A stretch of 60,568 bases of DNA, the filler included. It is 6 parts of 6 records of this genome, joined end to end, with 100 filler letters (N's around TTAATTAATTAA, not from the genome) between each part and the next. Parts side by side here need not be neighbours in the genome. Positions count along the whole stretch, not along the records: positions 12,298 to 22,978 come from SRR31156797_4177; positions 23,079 to 29,236 come from SRR31156797_4179; 4 more parts are not named here. One strand, 5' to 3'. A program made the position numbers and the translations under genes. The notes under the pieces were generated by a model. It had not been told where the DNA came from. It made no database searches and saw only the letters and a program-made list of their open reading frames with translations. Below, in pieces: positions 18,330-28,647 of this stretch; position 1 is the first letter of the stretch, and each line of letters starts with the position of its first letter.

Positions 18330-20089
18330 GATATCACTCCTATAATTGCGATTACTACAAATACCCCTATTGAGAGATATTGTAAATAGTGAATATATTG
18401 ATCTTTGATATGAAAATAAAAAGGCTGAATAATAGCTTCATCTTTTTCAGCACATTGGTACTCTTTTACCCTATGAGCCCCTTTATATGAACTGAGCATT
18501 ATAAGAAGAAAAGTAGCTAAAAATATAGCTAGTGGGATCATAAGTTCCCCATTTGTGACATATCCTAATTGGTATACTTGAAAGATTCCAAAAAAGATCA
18601 ACCCAACTAGAACTAATGAAGTACTTATAAAAGTAAATGGGATGGTTGTAGTCTCTTGATCCTCTTGCTTTGTACTTGGGAGTATTTTTGAAACCACTTT
18701 AAAATATAAAAGCGTTAAAAACACTGAACCTAAAAGGATAAAGATTAAAGATAATAGATAAAAAATATTTCCACTGATTTTATCTGCTAAGAGTTGTAAG
18801 GTCATAAACTTTCCTAAAAATGCACCAAAAGGTGGTAAAGTAAGTGAAGCAAACCCTATTAAGATACAAAAGACCAAAAACTTTGAAGATGATACTAAAC
18901 CATTAATATCACTCAGATATTTTAGATGAAACTGTTTCTCTAATATTCCAGCTTGTAAAAATAATAATGCTTTTGAAAGAGCATGAAACACCATAAGGAT
19001 CAAGGCAATATAAAAAGCCTCTTGTGTACCAATCGCTGCAATCGCTACCATAAGAGCTAAAAGTGCTATAGTAGAAAGCCCTAAAACCTCTTTAAAAAAA
19101 TCCTTACTTAAAGCCATAAGCGATGCACTCATAAAAACAAAACTTCCAAAAACTACTACCACCATTGAAAGGGTTGGGCTAAGTGCTGGAACTATTTTTA
19201 ATACTAAAAAAGGTGCGATCTTTACCATCGTAGCACTATGCAATATAGCACTTACTGGAGTTGGTGCGACCATAGCTCCAAGAAGCCAGCTTTGAAAAGG
19301 CAAACTTGCCCCTTTTACCATAGCAGCAATTACTAAAAATGCCATTGGTAAAAGAATAGTAGAAGCACCCCCTTGTAAAAGTCTATCAAAGAAAGTACTT
19401 TCATAATAATAAAGTGCTCCGATCAAAGCTATTAAAATAGAAACTCCTCCAACTTGATTCATCCATAAAGCTCTAAGAGCATTATTTACAGCAACTGTAT
19501 CCATTCTATATCGAATAAGTAAATAAGAACATAAAGTAGTAAACTCAAAAGTTAAAAAGAAAAGCTCGATATTATTAGTTGTGACTAAAAAGTTCATAAC
19601 TCCTATAAAGAAAAACAATATCCCTATAAATAAACCTTTTTTACACTCTTTAAACTCTTCACTTTGGATATATTTAAGCGCGTAGATAATAATGATACCA
19701 CCTACTATATTCACTATTAAAAGCATAATACGAGAAAGTTCATCTACGATAATATCAAAAGAGTTGTTCAAACTTGTAAGCTGTAAGGCAAAAAGAAAGA
19801 GTACTATTTGTACAATTGCGAGGATTGAGACAAGCTTTTGTTTGTATTTTATCCCTTGATGTACAAAATATCCTAAAAGTAAAAGATCAATAGCTGTCAA
19901 AACATAATGGATATTATGGGAAAATGTGGCAAGTATCATCTCTTGTTCAAAAAAAACTCGTATTGAAACAAACACTAAAAAAAGTACATAGAGTATACTA
20001 CTGAGATATCTCACTCTAACACTAGAAAAAGGGAGAGTTACCGCAAAGAGCATGGGAAGAAAAATCAACATAAAAATTAAATTTTGCAT
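18326..20089 (-). CDS. echA: Ech hydrogenase antiporter-like membrane subunit (NuoL-like)
   Basis: FEFTTLCSYLLI, WLLGAMVAPTPVSAILHSATMVK, FHALSKALLF; GGAGA RBS before ATG 20089. Confidence 0.9.
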   Translation of the reverse strand: MQNLIFMLIFLPMLFAVTLPFSSVRVRYLSSILYVLFLVFVSIRVFFEQEMILATFSHNIHYVLTAIDLLLLGYFVHQGIKYKQKLVSILAIVQIVLFLFALQLTSLNNSFDIIVDELSRIMLLIVNIVGGIIIIYALKYIQSEEFKECKKGLFIGILFFFIGVMNFLVTTNNIELFFLTFEFTTLCSYLLIRYRMDTVAVNNALRALWMNQVGGVSILIALIGALYYYESTFFDRLLQGGASTILLPMAFLVIAAMVKGASLPFQSWLLGAMVAPTPVSAILHSATMVKIAPFLVLKIVPALSPTLSMVVVVFGSFVFMSASLMALSKDFFKEVLGLSTIALLALMVAIAAIGTQEAFYIALILMVFHALSKALLFLQAGILEKQFHLKYLSDINGLVSSSKFLVFCILIGFASLTLPPFGAFLGKFMTLQLLADKISGNIFYLLSLIFILLGSVFLTLLYFKVVSKILPSTKQEDQETTTIPFTFISTSLVLVGLIFFGIFQVYQLGYVTNGELMIPLAIFLATFLLIMLSSYKGAHRVKEYQCAEKDEAIIQPFYFHIKDQYIHYLQYLSIGVFVVIAIIGVIS

Positions 20090-20111
20090 ACTATCTCCAA
20101 AAAGGTTTTTA

Positions 20112-20159
20112 ATTTTAATAGTAAGCATGTTATCATACAATGATTACAAATGAATTACT
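20112..20159 (-). promoter_or_regulatory. Putative echA promoter: 11-bp-periodic direct repeat plus -10-like hexamer
   Basis: Minus strand reads AGTAATT-N4-TGTAATC-N24-TAAAAT, same motif as before hoxE. Confidence 0.45.
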
Positions 20160-20261
20160 ATTCAACAAATGAATAAAACAATTATAAAAAATTATACCTG
20201 ATTCCTTGGTAATAGAGGGAGAAATAGAAGGTTTTAGTCTGAAAATTTAAGAAAGGTTAAA

Positions 20262-20852
20262 ATGCAAGATAAGAAACAGCAAAAAAAAGAACAGATCATC
20301 AAAGCTTCTTTAGAACTTTTTGCAAAAAATGGGTTTTATACTACAACTATTCCAGATATTGCTAAATCGATTCAGATGAGTGTTGGGAATATGTATAACT
20401 ATTTTAAATCAAAAGATATCTTAGCAAAAGAGGTGATCAAATATATCTCTGCATATTTAGGGAGTGAGCTTAAAAAGATCAATGAACAAGATATCACGAG
20501 TGAAGAGAAAATCAAAAAGATCGTCACTATCTATTTTGAAACTGCTGTAAAAAAGCCTGAGATGATAGATTATTTCTTAAGGGTATTTCTTTCAAATAGA
20601 GAAACATTTAAAGATGGATGTGAGGGGATGATCTGTGTCAACGAGTTTGTAACAGAAATCATGATCTTTTTTGAAGAGGGTGTAAAACAAGGGGAGCTAA
20701 AAGATCAAGATTTTTTTAGTGCTTTTGGTCTTTTTATGGGATATCTTGGTGGTATGGTATTTTTAAATGGTGAAAATATTCTCCCCACAACCCTAGATAG
20801 TTATGTCGATGATATTTCGATCAATATCTATAATGCCCTAAAAGCTCAGTGA
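20262..20852 (+). CDS. TetR/AcrR-family regulator
   Basis: IIKASLELFAKNGF..TTIPDIA...SVGNMYNYFKSK. Confidence 0.93.
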   Translation: MQDKKQQKKEQIIKASLELFAKNGFYTTTIPDIAKSIQMSVGNMYNYFKSKDILAKEVIKYISAYLGSELKKINEQDITSEEKIKKIVTIYFETAVKKPEMIDYFLRVFLSNRETFKDGCEGMICVNEFVTEIMIFFEEGVKQGELKDQDFFSAFGLFMGYLGGMVFLNGENILPTTLDSYVDDISINIYNALKAQ

Positions 20853-20862
20853 TACAAAAGAG

Positions 20863-21723
20863 ATGAAACTCTTATGGCTTAGTGCCCTTTCATGCAATGG
20901 GAATACTCACTCTTTTTTTAACTATGAATATCTTGATAGATTTTTAAAAGATTTTCAATTTATCTATCATCCTAGCATTGAATCTGAGTATTCACTTCAT
21001 GATATAGTTACAAAAGAGTTGCCTTGTGATATTTTACTTATTGAGGGAACTTTACAAGAGGACCTCCAAAAAGCAGATATAAATTTTAATGATCTTATTT
21101 TAAAATATGGAGCAAAAGCAAAAAAGATAGTCACTGTAGGAACATGTGCATCTTTTGGAGGAATCTTCTTAGATAATGATCCAAATAAATATGGCTTGCA
21201 CTTTAGACAAAAAGAATCCCATGATAAATTTCAGCTATTAAAAGAAAAAACGATCAATATCTCAGGCTGTCCTATCCATCCACAGATCTTAGTAAGTACA
21301 CTTTATAATATTAAAAAAGAATATGAGATCAAACTAGATCCATTTTTAAGACCAAAAGAGTTTTTTGCTTTTACCACCCATAATGGATGTCTTCGAAATG
21401 AATACTTTGAATATAAGATTGATAATCATGAATTTGGAAACCTTGAAGGGTGTATGTTTTATGAACATGGTTGTCAAGGACCTTTTACAAACAGTTCATG
21501 TAATAAAATACTTTGGAATGAAGTAAGCTCAAAAACACGTTCAGGTCATCCCTGTGTTGGATGTACAGAACCAAGCTTTCCAAAAGAAAATCTTTATGAA
21601 ACAAAAAAACATATGGGAATCCCAGCTGATCTTCCACTAGGAGTTCCAAAGAGAGCCTATCTTGGATTGGCTGGAGTTGCAAAAGCTTTTAAAATTGAAA
21701 GATTTGAGAAGAAGATCATATGA
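20863..21723 (+). CDS. Cytoplasmic group 2 (2d-like) [NiFe] hydrogenase small subunit
   Basis: No Tat signal; SCNGN, GTCASFGG, GCP, HNGC, HPCVGC. Confidence 0.88.
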   Translation: MKLLWLSALSCNGNTHSFFNYEYLDRFLKDFQFIYHPSIESEYSLHDIVTKELPCDILLIEGTLQEDLQKADINFNDLILKYGAKAKKIVTVGTCASFGGIFLDNDPNKYGLHFRQKESHDKFQLLKEKTINISGCPIHPQILVSTLYNIKKEYEIKLDPFLRPKEFFAFTTHNGCLRNEYFEYKIDNHEFGNLEGCMFYEHGCQGPFTNSSCNKILWNEVSSKTRSGHPCVGCTEPSFPKENLYETKKHMGIPADLPLGVPKRAYLGLAGVAKAFKIERFEKKII

Positions 21724-22978
21724 AACAAATAGAACTAATAGAAAAAATAGAAGGGGAAGCTACTTTAGAGTATAGCTTCAAGCATAAAAGTATCGAACAT
21801 GTTGATATCCGTTTTTTAAGTTCTCGTCATATTGAAAATATACTAGTAGGGAAAAACCCTCTTGATGCTTTAGTGATCAATCCAAGAGTTTGTGGGATCT
21901 GTGGTCATGCGCATTTGATAGCGACTGTTCAAGCTTTGGAAAACTGTTATGGAGATATTGAGATATCACAAAAGGCTAAAATATTAAGAGAACTTACACT
22001 TAATTTTGAGCTTATTCAAAACCATTTTAAATGGTTCTATCTTGTAGTGATGCCTTTATTTGATAAAAAACAAGATATCCATAAAGCCACATTTCCAAGT
22101 AGACTTATGGGAAAAGCAATCGCTACCATTGCAGGACAATATCCCCACACATCTTATGCTATTCCTGGAGGTGTGACCAATGAGATGCTTTTTCAAGATA
22201 TTATAAAACTTGAACAATATATAGATGAAACTATCTCTTTTTACCAAAAGCATCTTGTAAGTGCCGATATGGAGAAATTTGTTGATTGTGGGAGCGTGAG
22301 TAAGGTTTTATCAAAACATGGTGATCTTATAGAAGTATTGAAACTTATAAAAAAACACCACTTAACAAAAACTGGAAAAAGTTATGATAGATTTATTGTC
22401 TTTGGAGAAAATAGCTACTTTAAAGCTGGTCGTGGAGTTGCTACAAGGGTAAATCACAATTTAAATACCAAGTATATTGCAGAATACTCAAATGAAAACT
22501 CGTATGCTAAAAATGTCAAATTTAAAAAGTATTATTATGAAGTTGGTCCATTAGCAAGAGCTATGATCAATAAAACTGCCTTGGTAAAAGATGCCCATAG
22601 GAAGTATCAAGATTCCATGTTTAGTCGAATCCTAGCTAGAGTGTGTGAGATTCCTCAACTTTTGATCCATTCTAAAAAACTATTAAACTCTCTTTATTTA
22701 GATGAGCCATCTTATATAAAACCCAAAAAAGCTCTTGAAGAGATCAATTCTTTTGGGATAAGCTCTGTTGAAGCAGCACGTGGTTCATTGATTCATAAAA
22801 TAGATATAGAAAATAATAAGATAAAACAATACAGTATCATTACCCCTACTCAATGGAATCTTTCCAATGGAACAAAAGAAGACCCAGGAGTTGCACAAAA
22901 AGCAATGGTGGGTTTAAAAGATACCAAAATAGCTCAAAAAGTTTTTAAAAGTTTTGATGTATGTTCTGTATGTACCAC
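21720..22978 (+). CDS. Cytoplasmic group 2 (2d-like) [NiFe] hydrogenase large subunit (last codons cut by contig end)
   Basis: KIEGE, L1 PRVCGICGHAH, EAARG, TPTQWN, L2 FDVCSVC. Confidence 0.9.
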
Positions 22979-23078
22979 NNNNNNNNNNNNNNNNNNNNNN
23001 NNNNNNNNNNNNNNNNNNNNNNTTAATTAATTAANNNNNNNNNNNNNNNNNNNNNNNNNNNNNNNNNNNNNNNNNNNN
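22979..23078. other. Artificial contig spacer
   Basis: N-run + TTAATTAATTAA + N-run. Confidence 0.99.
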
Positions 23079-23294
23079 AATTTATAGAAACTAAAGTAGC
23101 TACAATGAGATTGCAGGGTTTTAACCATTAACTGGGAAATAAATAAGACATATTAATTTGCAATAGTTTAAGGCTAAAATTGAATTTTTTATTTTTCTAT
23201 CCACTCCTTTGCAAGTTACAAACAGCGCCTTATTTTCCTAAAAATTAACCAATTATATCCAACATTATAATTAACTTTAATACAAAAAATAAAC

Positions 23295-24440
23295 ATGAAT
23301 AAACTAGCCATAATTCTTCTTGCCTTTCTTTGTTTAAATTGTACAAACCAGAACAAACAGCTTCCAACAACATCCACAGAAAAGGAAGATTGGGAACTTT
23401 CAGGTTTTGAAAAAGCAGACAGTATAAATCCGATATTAAAACCCTCAGACGAATTAGTTTTCCGCTGCCCGTTAAATAATTTACCCATAAAGTGGGAAGA
23501 GCGAAATGTACTAAATCCCTCGGCTATTGTGAAAGATGGACAGGTTTATCTTTTTTACCGCGCACAGGATGTTAGCGGAACCTCGCGCATTGGAATGGCT
23601 GTTAGCTCCGACGGACTACATTTCGTTAAAGACCCCGAACCAGTATTTTATCCAGATAATGATAAAATGAAAATATACGAATGGAATTATCATAAAGATG
23701 CTGAATATATTTATTCCCGCGAATCTTCCTCAAAATATTTCGATGGCACGGAAGATCCTCGTATTATTGAAACTGAAGATGGAACTTACATAATGACCTA
23801 TACTTCTTATGATGGTAAAACGGCTCGTTTATGCCTGGCAACTACAAAAGATTTTCAAAACTGGACGAAACACGGGCCGGTTCTTAATTCAGAAAAGTAC
23901 ATCGATTGGTGGTCGAAATCGGGAGCAATTGTTGTAACACAAACAGACAACAAAATAGTTGCTACAAAAATAAACGGGAAATACTGGATGTATTTTGGCG
24001 ACACCGATTTGTTTATGGCTTCTTCAGATGATCTCATTCATTGGGAGGTAGCTGAAAATGCTGAAAACAATAAATTAATTGAAGTTTTGCATCCACGCCC
24101 CGGATTTTTCGACAGCCGTTTAGTTGAACCTGGCCCTTTTGCTCTTTTAAAAGAGGAAGGTATTTTATTAATATACAATGGTAGCAATGCCGCAAATTAT
24201 AACAATCAGGATCTGCCAAAATACACATATGCTGCCGGCCAGGCCCTTTTCAGCAAAGAAAATCCCTGGAAATTAATTGACAGAGGTGAAAGTTATTTTA
24301 TTCACCCCGATAAAGAATATGAAAAGATTGGCGAGGTAAACGAAGTTTGTTTTGTTGAAGGATTGGTGTTTTTCCAAAATAAATGGTTTTTATATTATGG
24401 TACTGCAGACTCGAAAATTGCGGTTGCAGTAAAAAATTAA
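23295..24440 (+). CDS. Glycoside hydrolase family 130 protein, probable lipoprotein
   Basis: Signal ending in Cys; NPIL, VLNPSA, LFYRA, EDPR, YTSYDG, CFVEG, YYGTADS. Confidence 0.9.
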   Translation: MNKLAIILLAFLCLNCTNQNKQLPTTSTEKEDWELSGFEKADSINPILKPSDELVFRCPLNNLPIKWEERNVLNPSAIVKDGQVYLFYRAQDVSGTSRIGMAVSSDGLHFVKDPEPVFYPDNDKMKIYEWNYHKDAEYIYSRESSSKYFDGTEDPRIIETEDGTYIMTYTSYDGKTARLCLATTKDFQNWTKHGPVLNSEKYIDWWSKSGAIVVTQTDNKIVATKINGKYWMYFGDTDLFMASSDDLIHWEVAENAENNKLIEVLHPRPGFFDSRLVEPGPFALLKEEGILLIYNGSNAANYNNQDLPKYTYAAGQALFSKENPWKLIDRGESYFIHPDKEYEKIGEVNEVCFVEGLVFFQNKWFLYYGTADSKIAVAVKN

Positions 24441-24455
24441 AAGGTAAAACCGATG

Positions 24456-24506
24456 CCACTTATTAATTTCTTCTATCCGTTTATTCATTGAAATTAACCA
24501 TTTGCT
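24456..24506 (+). promoter_or_regulatory. Putative LytTR binding array (three 9-bp boxes, 21-bp period)
   Basis: CCACTTATT (24456), CCGTTTATT (24477), CCATTTGCT (24498) directly upstream of the LytTR gene. Confidence 0.65.
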
Positions 24507-24548
24507 CATCCGGCAACTACATTTTGATTTAAGTTTTATCTTTGTTAT

Positions 24549-25343
24549 ATGGACACATACAATGCAATTATAGTTGATGATGAATTAAATGTTCAGCAAA
24601 CCCTCGAGATTTTGATTCAGAAGAATTGTCCGGAAATAAGAATTTGCGGAACTGCAATTTCTGCTGAAGAAGGCAGGCAACTTCTAAAGGCATTTGACGT
24701 ACATTTAATCTTTCTTGATATTTCGATGCCAAACGAAAACGGATTCGATTTTATTGCCTCAATTCCAAAAGAACAATATGCTATAATTTTCACAACAGCA
24801 CACGAAGAATATGCTTTAAAAGCCATAAAAGCAAATGCAATTGATTACCTTTTAAAACCTATTAATCCGAATGAATTAAAAGAAGCAACGGCAAAAGCGA
24901 CGTCATATTTGAATTTACGTCTTCAAAAAAATGAAATTCAAAAAGTATATAGCGAATCGCTCGAAAATTTAATAAAACAAATTCAACCCGGGAACAAAAC
25001 AACAAACAAAATTACCGTTGTCGAAAAATTTGGATTTAGAATTGTTGAAATAAATGATATCCGCTACCTGGAAGCCGATAGTAATTATACCATAATCCAT
25101 CTGTCGGGATTTGAAAAAATTGTATCCAGCAAATCGTTAGGAGAGTTTGAAAAAATACTGGATTCAAATCAATTTTTTAGAATACACAAATCGACTATTA
25201 TTAATATACAATACCTGAAAGGATTCTCAAGTTATCAGGGTAATTTTGCAATTATGGATGACCAAACAAAACTATCTATTTCCAGAAGACGATTTGTTGA
25301 ATTCAAAGAAATTGTAGACATACATTCAAAATCATTAGGTTAG
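24549..25343 (+). CDS. LytTR-family response regulator
   Basis: IVDDE, FLDISMP, DYLLKP; YLEADSNY, FFRIHKSTIIN, ISRRR. Confidence 0.95.
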   Translation: MDTYNAIIVDDELNVQQTLEILIQKNCPEIRICGTAISAEEGRQLLKAFDVHLIFLDISMPNENGFDFIASIPKEQYAIIFTTAHEEYALKAIKANAIDYLLKPINPNELKEATAKATSYLNLRLQKNEIQKVYSESLENLIKQIQPGNKTTNKITVVEKFGFRIVEINDIRYLEADSNYTIIHLSGFEKIVSSKSLGEFEKILDSNQFFRIHKSTIINIQYLKGFSSYQGNFAIMDDQTKLSISRRRFVEFKEIVDIHSKSLG

Positions 25344-28270
25344 TGAAATATATTTTATTATTACTTTTCAGTACTTTCCTCCTTTCAACCTATGCAATAA
25401 ATCCATTTATTAAAAATTACAACATTGCCGATGGGCTGCCAAGCAGTAAAACGTTTGGTCTTTTTCAAGACAGCCAAAATTTTATGTGGATTGGAACCGA
25501 TGTTGGTGTTGTCCGTTTCGATGGAAATAATATGGTTCATTATAAAACCAGCGATGGACTTAGCGATAATATTACAATTAGAATTAAAGAAGATAAATTG
25601 GGAAGAATCTGGTTTATTAACCTAAACGGAACCGTAAATTATTTTTATAAAAACCAAATATTTAATTCTAAAAACGCCCCCTTTTTAGACGAACTAAAAT
25701 CCGATTTCTACTTTATAAATTTTTTTGAGGACACGGATTCAACGCTTTATTTCTACAATTCCACTTCTGAAGTCTATGTTATCAAAAATGATAAATTAAT
25801 TGACTACCAAAGATTTAACCTGCCAGGTAACCTTGAAAATACTCAATTGAATCTTTTTGACAAATCATCGGATGGGGAAATAGTCTTATGGACTTCTTCC
25901 GGGATTAGTAAACTAAAAAAGTTGGAAGATAATTTTAATGTACAGGTTCATAAAGATTTACTTTATAAAGCATTTAAAGTAAATACCGACCATTATATTG
26001 TACTCGATCAATTTGGATTTTTACATGCTTACAAAAATGATAAACTGCAAAAAGAAAAGTTTTTAAATACAGAAACAATTTTTATTAATGATCTTTTAAT
26101 TGACGACGATGGTTTAACCTGGCTGGCAAACTACCATAAAGGTGTGTATTGCTATAAAAATGATAGCTTGCTTTTGCATCTTGACATTGAACTTGCTCAA
26201 AGTATAAATATCGATTTAGAAAATAATATTTGGATTTCATCTGAAAGGAATGGGGTTTATAAGATAAACCGGAATATTTTAAACTATACTTTTTTAGAAA
26301 CAAATAACTTTGAGGGAAAAGGAATTGTCGGGCTGGCAAAGGGAAACAATGGAGAGATATTTGCGACAAACGGAAGTTCATTATATTTAATTCAGGATAA
26401 CAATTTATACAAATCAGAATTAAATATTGAAAGGCAGATTTTACGAAATATCCAACAATTAGAAAACAATAATGTAATGTTAAGTGGACTGGGAACAGGC
26501 TCTTTCTTACTACAAAATTTTAAAATAAATAAACGATTAAATAAATTACAGTTTGACTCTCTGATTCAATTAAATTATAGGATTAAGGATCTTGTTGTAG
26601 ATACCCAAAAACAATTGGTTTACTCCTATTTAAACGACAAATTTATTAGCATATCGTACAGCGATGATGCTTTTAGAAGCTCTACTTACAATTTACACAA
26701 AGGAAGGATTAACAGTCTTTTTCAAACTAACAGAGGCGATTTAATTGTTAATACAACTTCAAATTATGCTTTATTTACCGATTCACTAGAATTTGGAAGA
26801 TTAAGACTAGGAGACTTAAAAATATTAAAAGCATTAAATGGCAAAACAATTTCATCTCACTTAAAACTCGATGGTAACAATGAAGTGTTCAATGTTCTTG
26901 GAAATGAATTATACCTTTTAAACGACACCACTCTTTACGAAATAACGAAAAATATAAAAACACAAATTGATTACCGAATCATAAACCTTGCATTCGACGG
27001 TTCGACCTTATTCTTTTTCACATCAAATTACATTTACTTTATATCCAATCCATTAGACATTATAGACGACAAAGCATTAAAAGTAGGCCGGCTAGACATG
27101 GAGTTCAATAATATTACCACAATAGTTTGTGAAAATAACTTATTGTATATTGGAACAAATGATGGATTAATTAGTATTCCAATCGAAGATTGTGTTGGTT
27201 CTAAAACGATGGCACCAGAACCCTACTTCGATAAAATTTATATTGACAACGAAAGCTACAATATGAATTTAGGCCCGGTAGTATTTAAAAACAAAAAAAG
27301 TTTAGTTATTGAATTTGCCAGTTTAAATTATTCCGCTTTGCCATCAAATTATTCATATCAATTAGAAGGAGTTGACGAATCCTGGACACAAGGGAAAGAA
27401 ACAAGAGTTGCATACCTTAATTTACAACCTGGCAAGTATTCTTTCAAATTGAAAGCGCGAAAAGGAAGCGAGGACTACAGCAATGAAACAACTCTTCCTA
27501 TTATTGTTAAACCAACTATTTTTCAGCGCGCTATAACAAAAATATTATTTGGAGCCATTTCCCTGTTTATAATATCTTTGATACCCTGGACGCTTTACAA
27601 ATATCAGATGAAAAACAAAGAGACAGAGAATACACTCATAACATTAGAACACAAGGCATTACAGTCAATGATGAATCCACATTTTATATTTAATGCGTTG
27701 GGTTCTATTCAGCGATATCTGCTTTTAAACAAATCGGAAGAAGCAGGCACTTACCTGTCGCAATTTGCAAGGTTAATAAGGCAAAATATGAACTCTCTAA
27801 AATCGAATTATATAAATATTGACGATGAGGTGGAACGATTAAGAAACTATTTGGATCTGGAGAAATTCAGAATGAATGATAAGTTCAACTATTCTATTCA
27901 TATCGATAATGAAATTGATGGAGATGACATTAGGATACCTTCTATGGTTGTTCAACCCTTTGTTGAAAATGCAATCTGGCATGGTGTTTCATTAATTCCC
28001 GAGCAGGGAGAAATAAATGTAAAATTTTTTTATGAGAATGATAACTGTATAAAAATTGTAGTTGAAGACAATGGAGTAGGAATCCAAAATTCAGAATCGT
28101 TTTCCAAATCAGACCAGAATTTAAATATGGGTGTTTCAATAACAAAAAAACGATTAAAACTAATTGGTGAAAGATTTCATGTAAAATCTGAAATTGTTTC
28201 AGAAGAGGTACTTCCCGGCGAACAATATCCCGGAACCAGAATTATTTTAATGGTTCCCATTTTATCGTAA
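25343..28270 (+). CDS. LytS-type sensor histidine kinase with beta-propeller and Y_Y_Y domains
   Basis: DGLPS/QDSQNFMWIGT repeats, YSYQLEGVDESW, TM, MNPHFIFNAL, QPFVENAIWHG, EDNGVG. Confidence 0.93.
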   Translation: MKYILLLLFSTFLLSTYAINPFIKNYNIADGLPSSKTFGLFQDSQNFMWIGTDVGVVRFDGNNMVHYKTSDGLSDNITIRIKEDKLGRIWFINLNGTVNYFYKNQIFNSKNAPFLDELKSDFYFINFFEDTDSTLYFYNSTSEVYVIKNDKLIDYQRFNLPGNLENTQLNLFDKSSDGEIVLWTSSGISKLKKLEDNFNVQVHKDLLYKAFKVNTDHYIVLDQFGFLHAYKNDKLQKEKFLNTETIFINDLLIDDDGLTWLANYHKGVYCYKNDSLLLHLDIELAQSINIDLENNIWISSERNGVYKINRNILNYTFLETNNFEGKGIVGLAKGNNGEIFATNGSSLYLIQDNNLYKSELNIERQILRNIQQLENNNVMLSGLGTGSFLLQNFKINKRLNKLQFDSLIQLNYRIKDLVVDTQKQLVYSYLNDKFISISYSDDAFRSSTYNLHKGRINSLFQTNRGDLIVNTTSNYALFTDSLEFGRLRLGDLKILKALNGKTISSHLKLDGNNEVFNVLGNELYLLNDTTLYEITKNIKTQIDYRIINLAFDGSTLFFFTSNYIYFISNPLDIIDDKALKVGRLDMEFNNITTIVCENNLLYIGTNDGLISIPIEDCVGSKTMAPEPYFDKIYIDNESYNMNLGPVVFKNKKSLVIEFASLNYSALPSNYSYQLEGVDESWTQGKETRVAYLNLQPGKYSFKLKARKGSEDYSNETTLPIIVKPTIFQRAITKILFGAISLFIISLIPWTLYKYQMKNKETENTLITLEHKALQSMMNPHFIFNALGSIQRYLLLNKSEEAGTYLSQFARLIRQNMNSLKSNYINIDDEVERLRNYLDLEKFRMNDKFNYSIHIDNEIDGDDIRIPSMVVQPFVENAIWHGVSLIPEQGEINVKFFYENDNCIKIVVEDNGVGIQNSESFSKSDQNLNMGVSITKKRLKLIGERFHVKSEIVSEEVLPGEQYPGTRIILMVPILS

Positions 28271-28289
28271 ATGTGAGAATTTGATCGCT

Positions 28290-28340
28290 CCATTTACTAA
28301 TTAAAAATAACCATACACAAAGAATCTTATACCACACGAT
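28290..28340 (+). promoter_or_regulatory. Second putative LytTR array (21-bp period) with no ORF downstream
   Basis: CCATTTACT (28290), CCATACACA (28311), CCACACGAT (28332). Confidence 0.45.
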
Positions 28341-28647
28341 AATTTACACAAAATTTTATTTCAATTCTTTTTAACATTAAATATTCTTTTACCGAAAAGT
28401 TCATTGTTTTATTAGAATTAAATTCAATGCCAAAGAATTAGGAGAAAAAAACACATTTTAATTCAATAGTGTTAATACGAAACAATCGCCCAAATTATTT
28501 ATTTCCTTTTTCTGGTGCACTTCATCCACACAATAAAATGTAACTGTTTATTACTGGAACTATTTTCCTTTCTACCACCATGGAAACCCATTTTAACAGT
28601 TAACCCAAACAACAAATGTGACAAGCACCATAAATAAACAGGAAATT

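Noticed and set aside
15545..22978. [NiFeSe] hydrogenase or recoding
   Set aside because: L1 and L2 motifs of both large subunits use ordinary Cys codons
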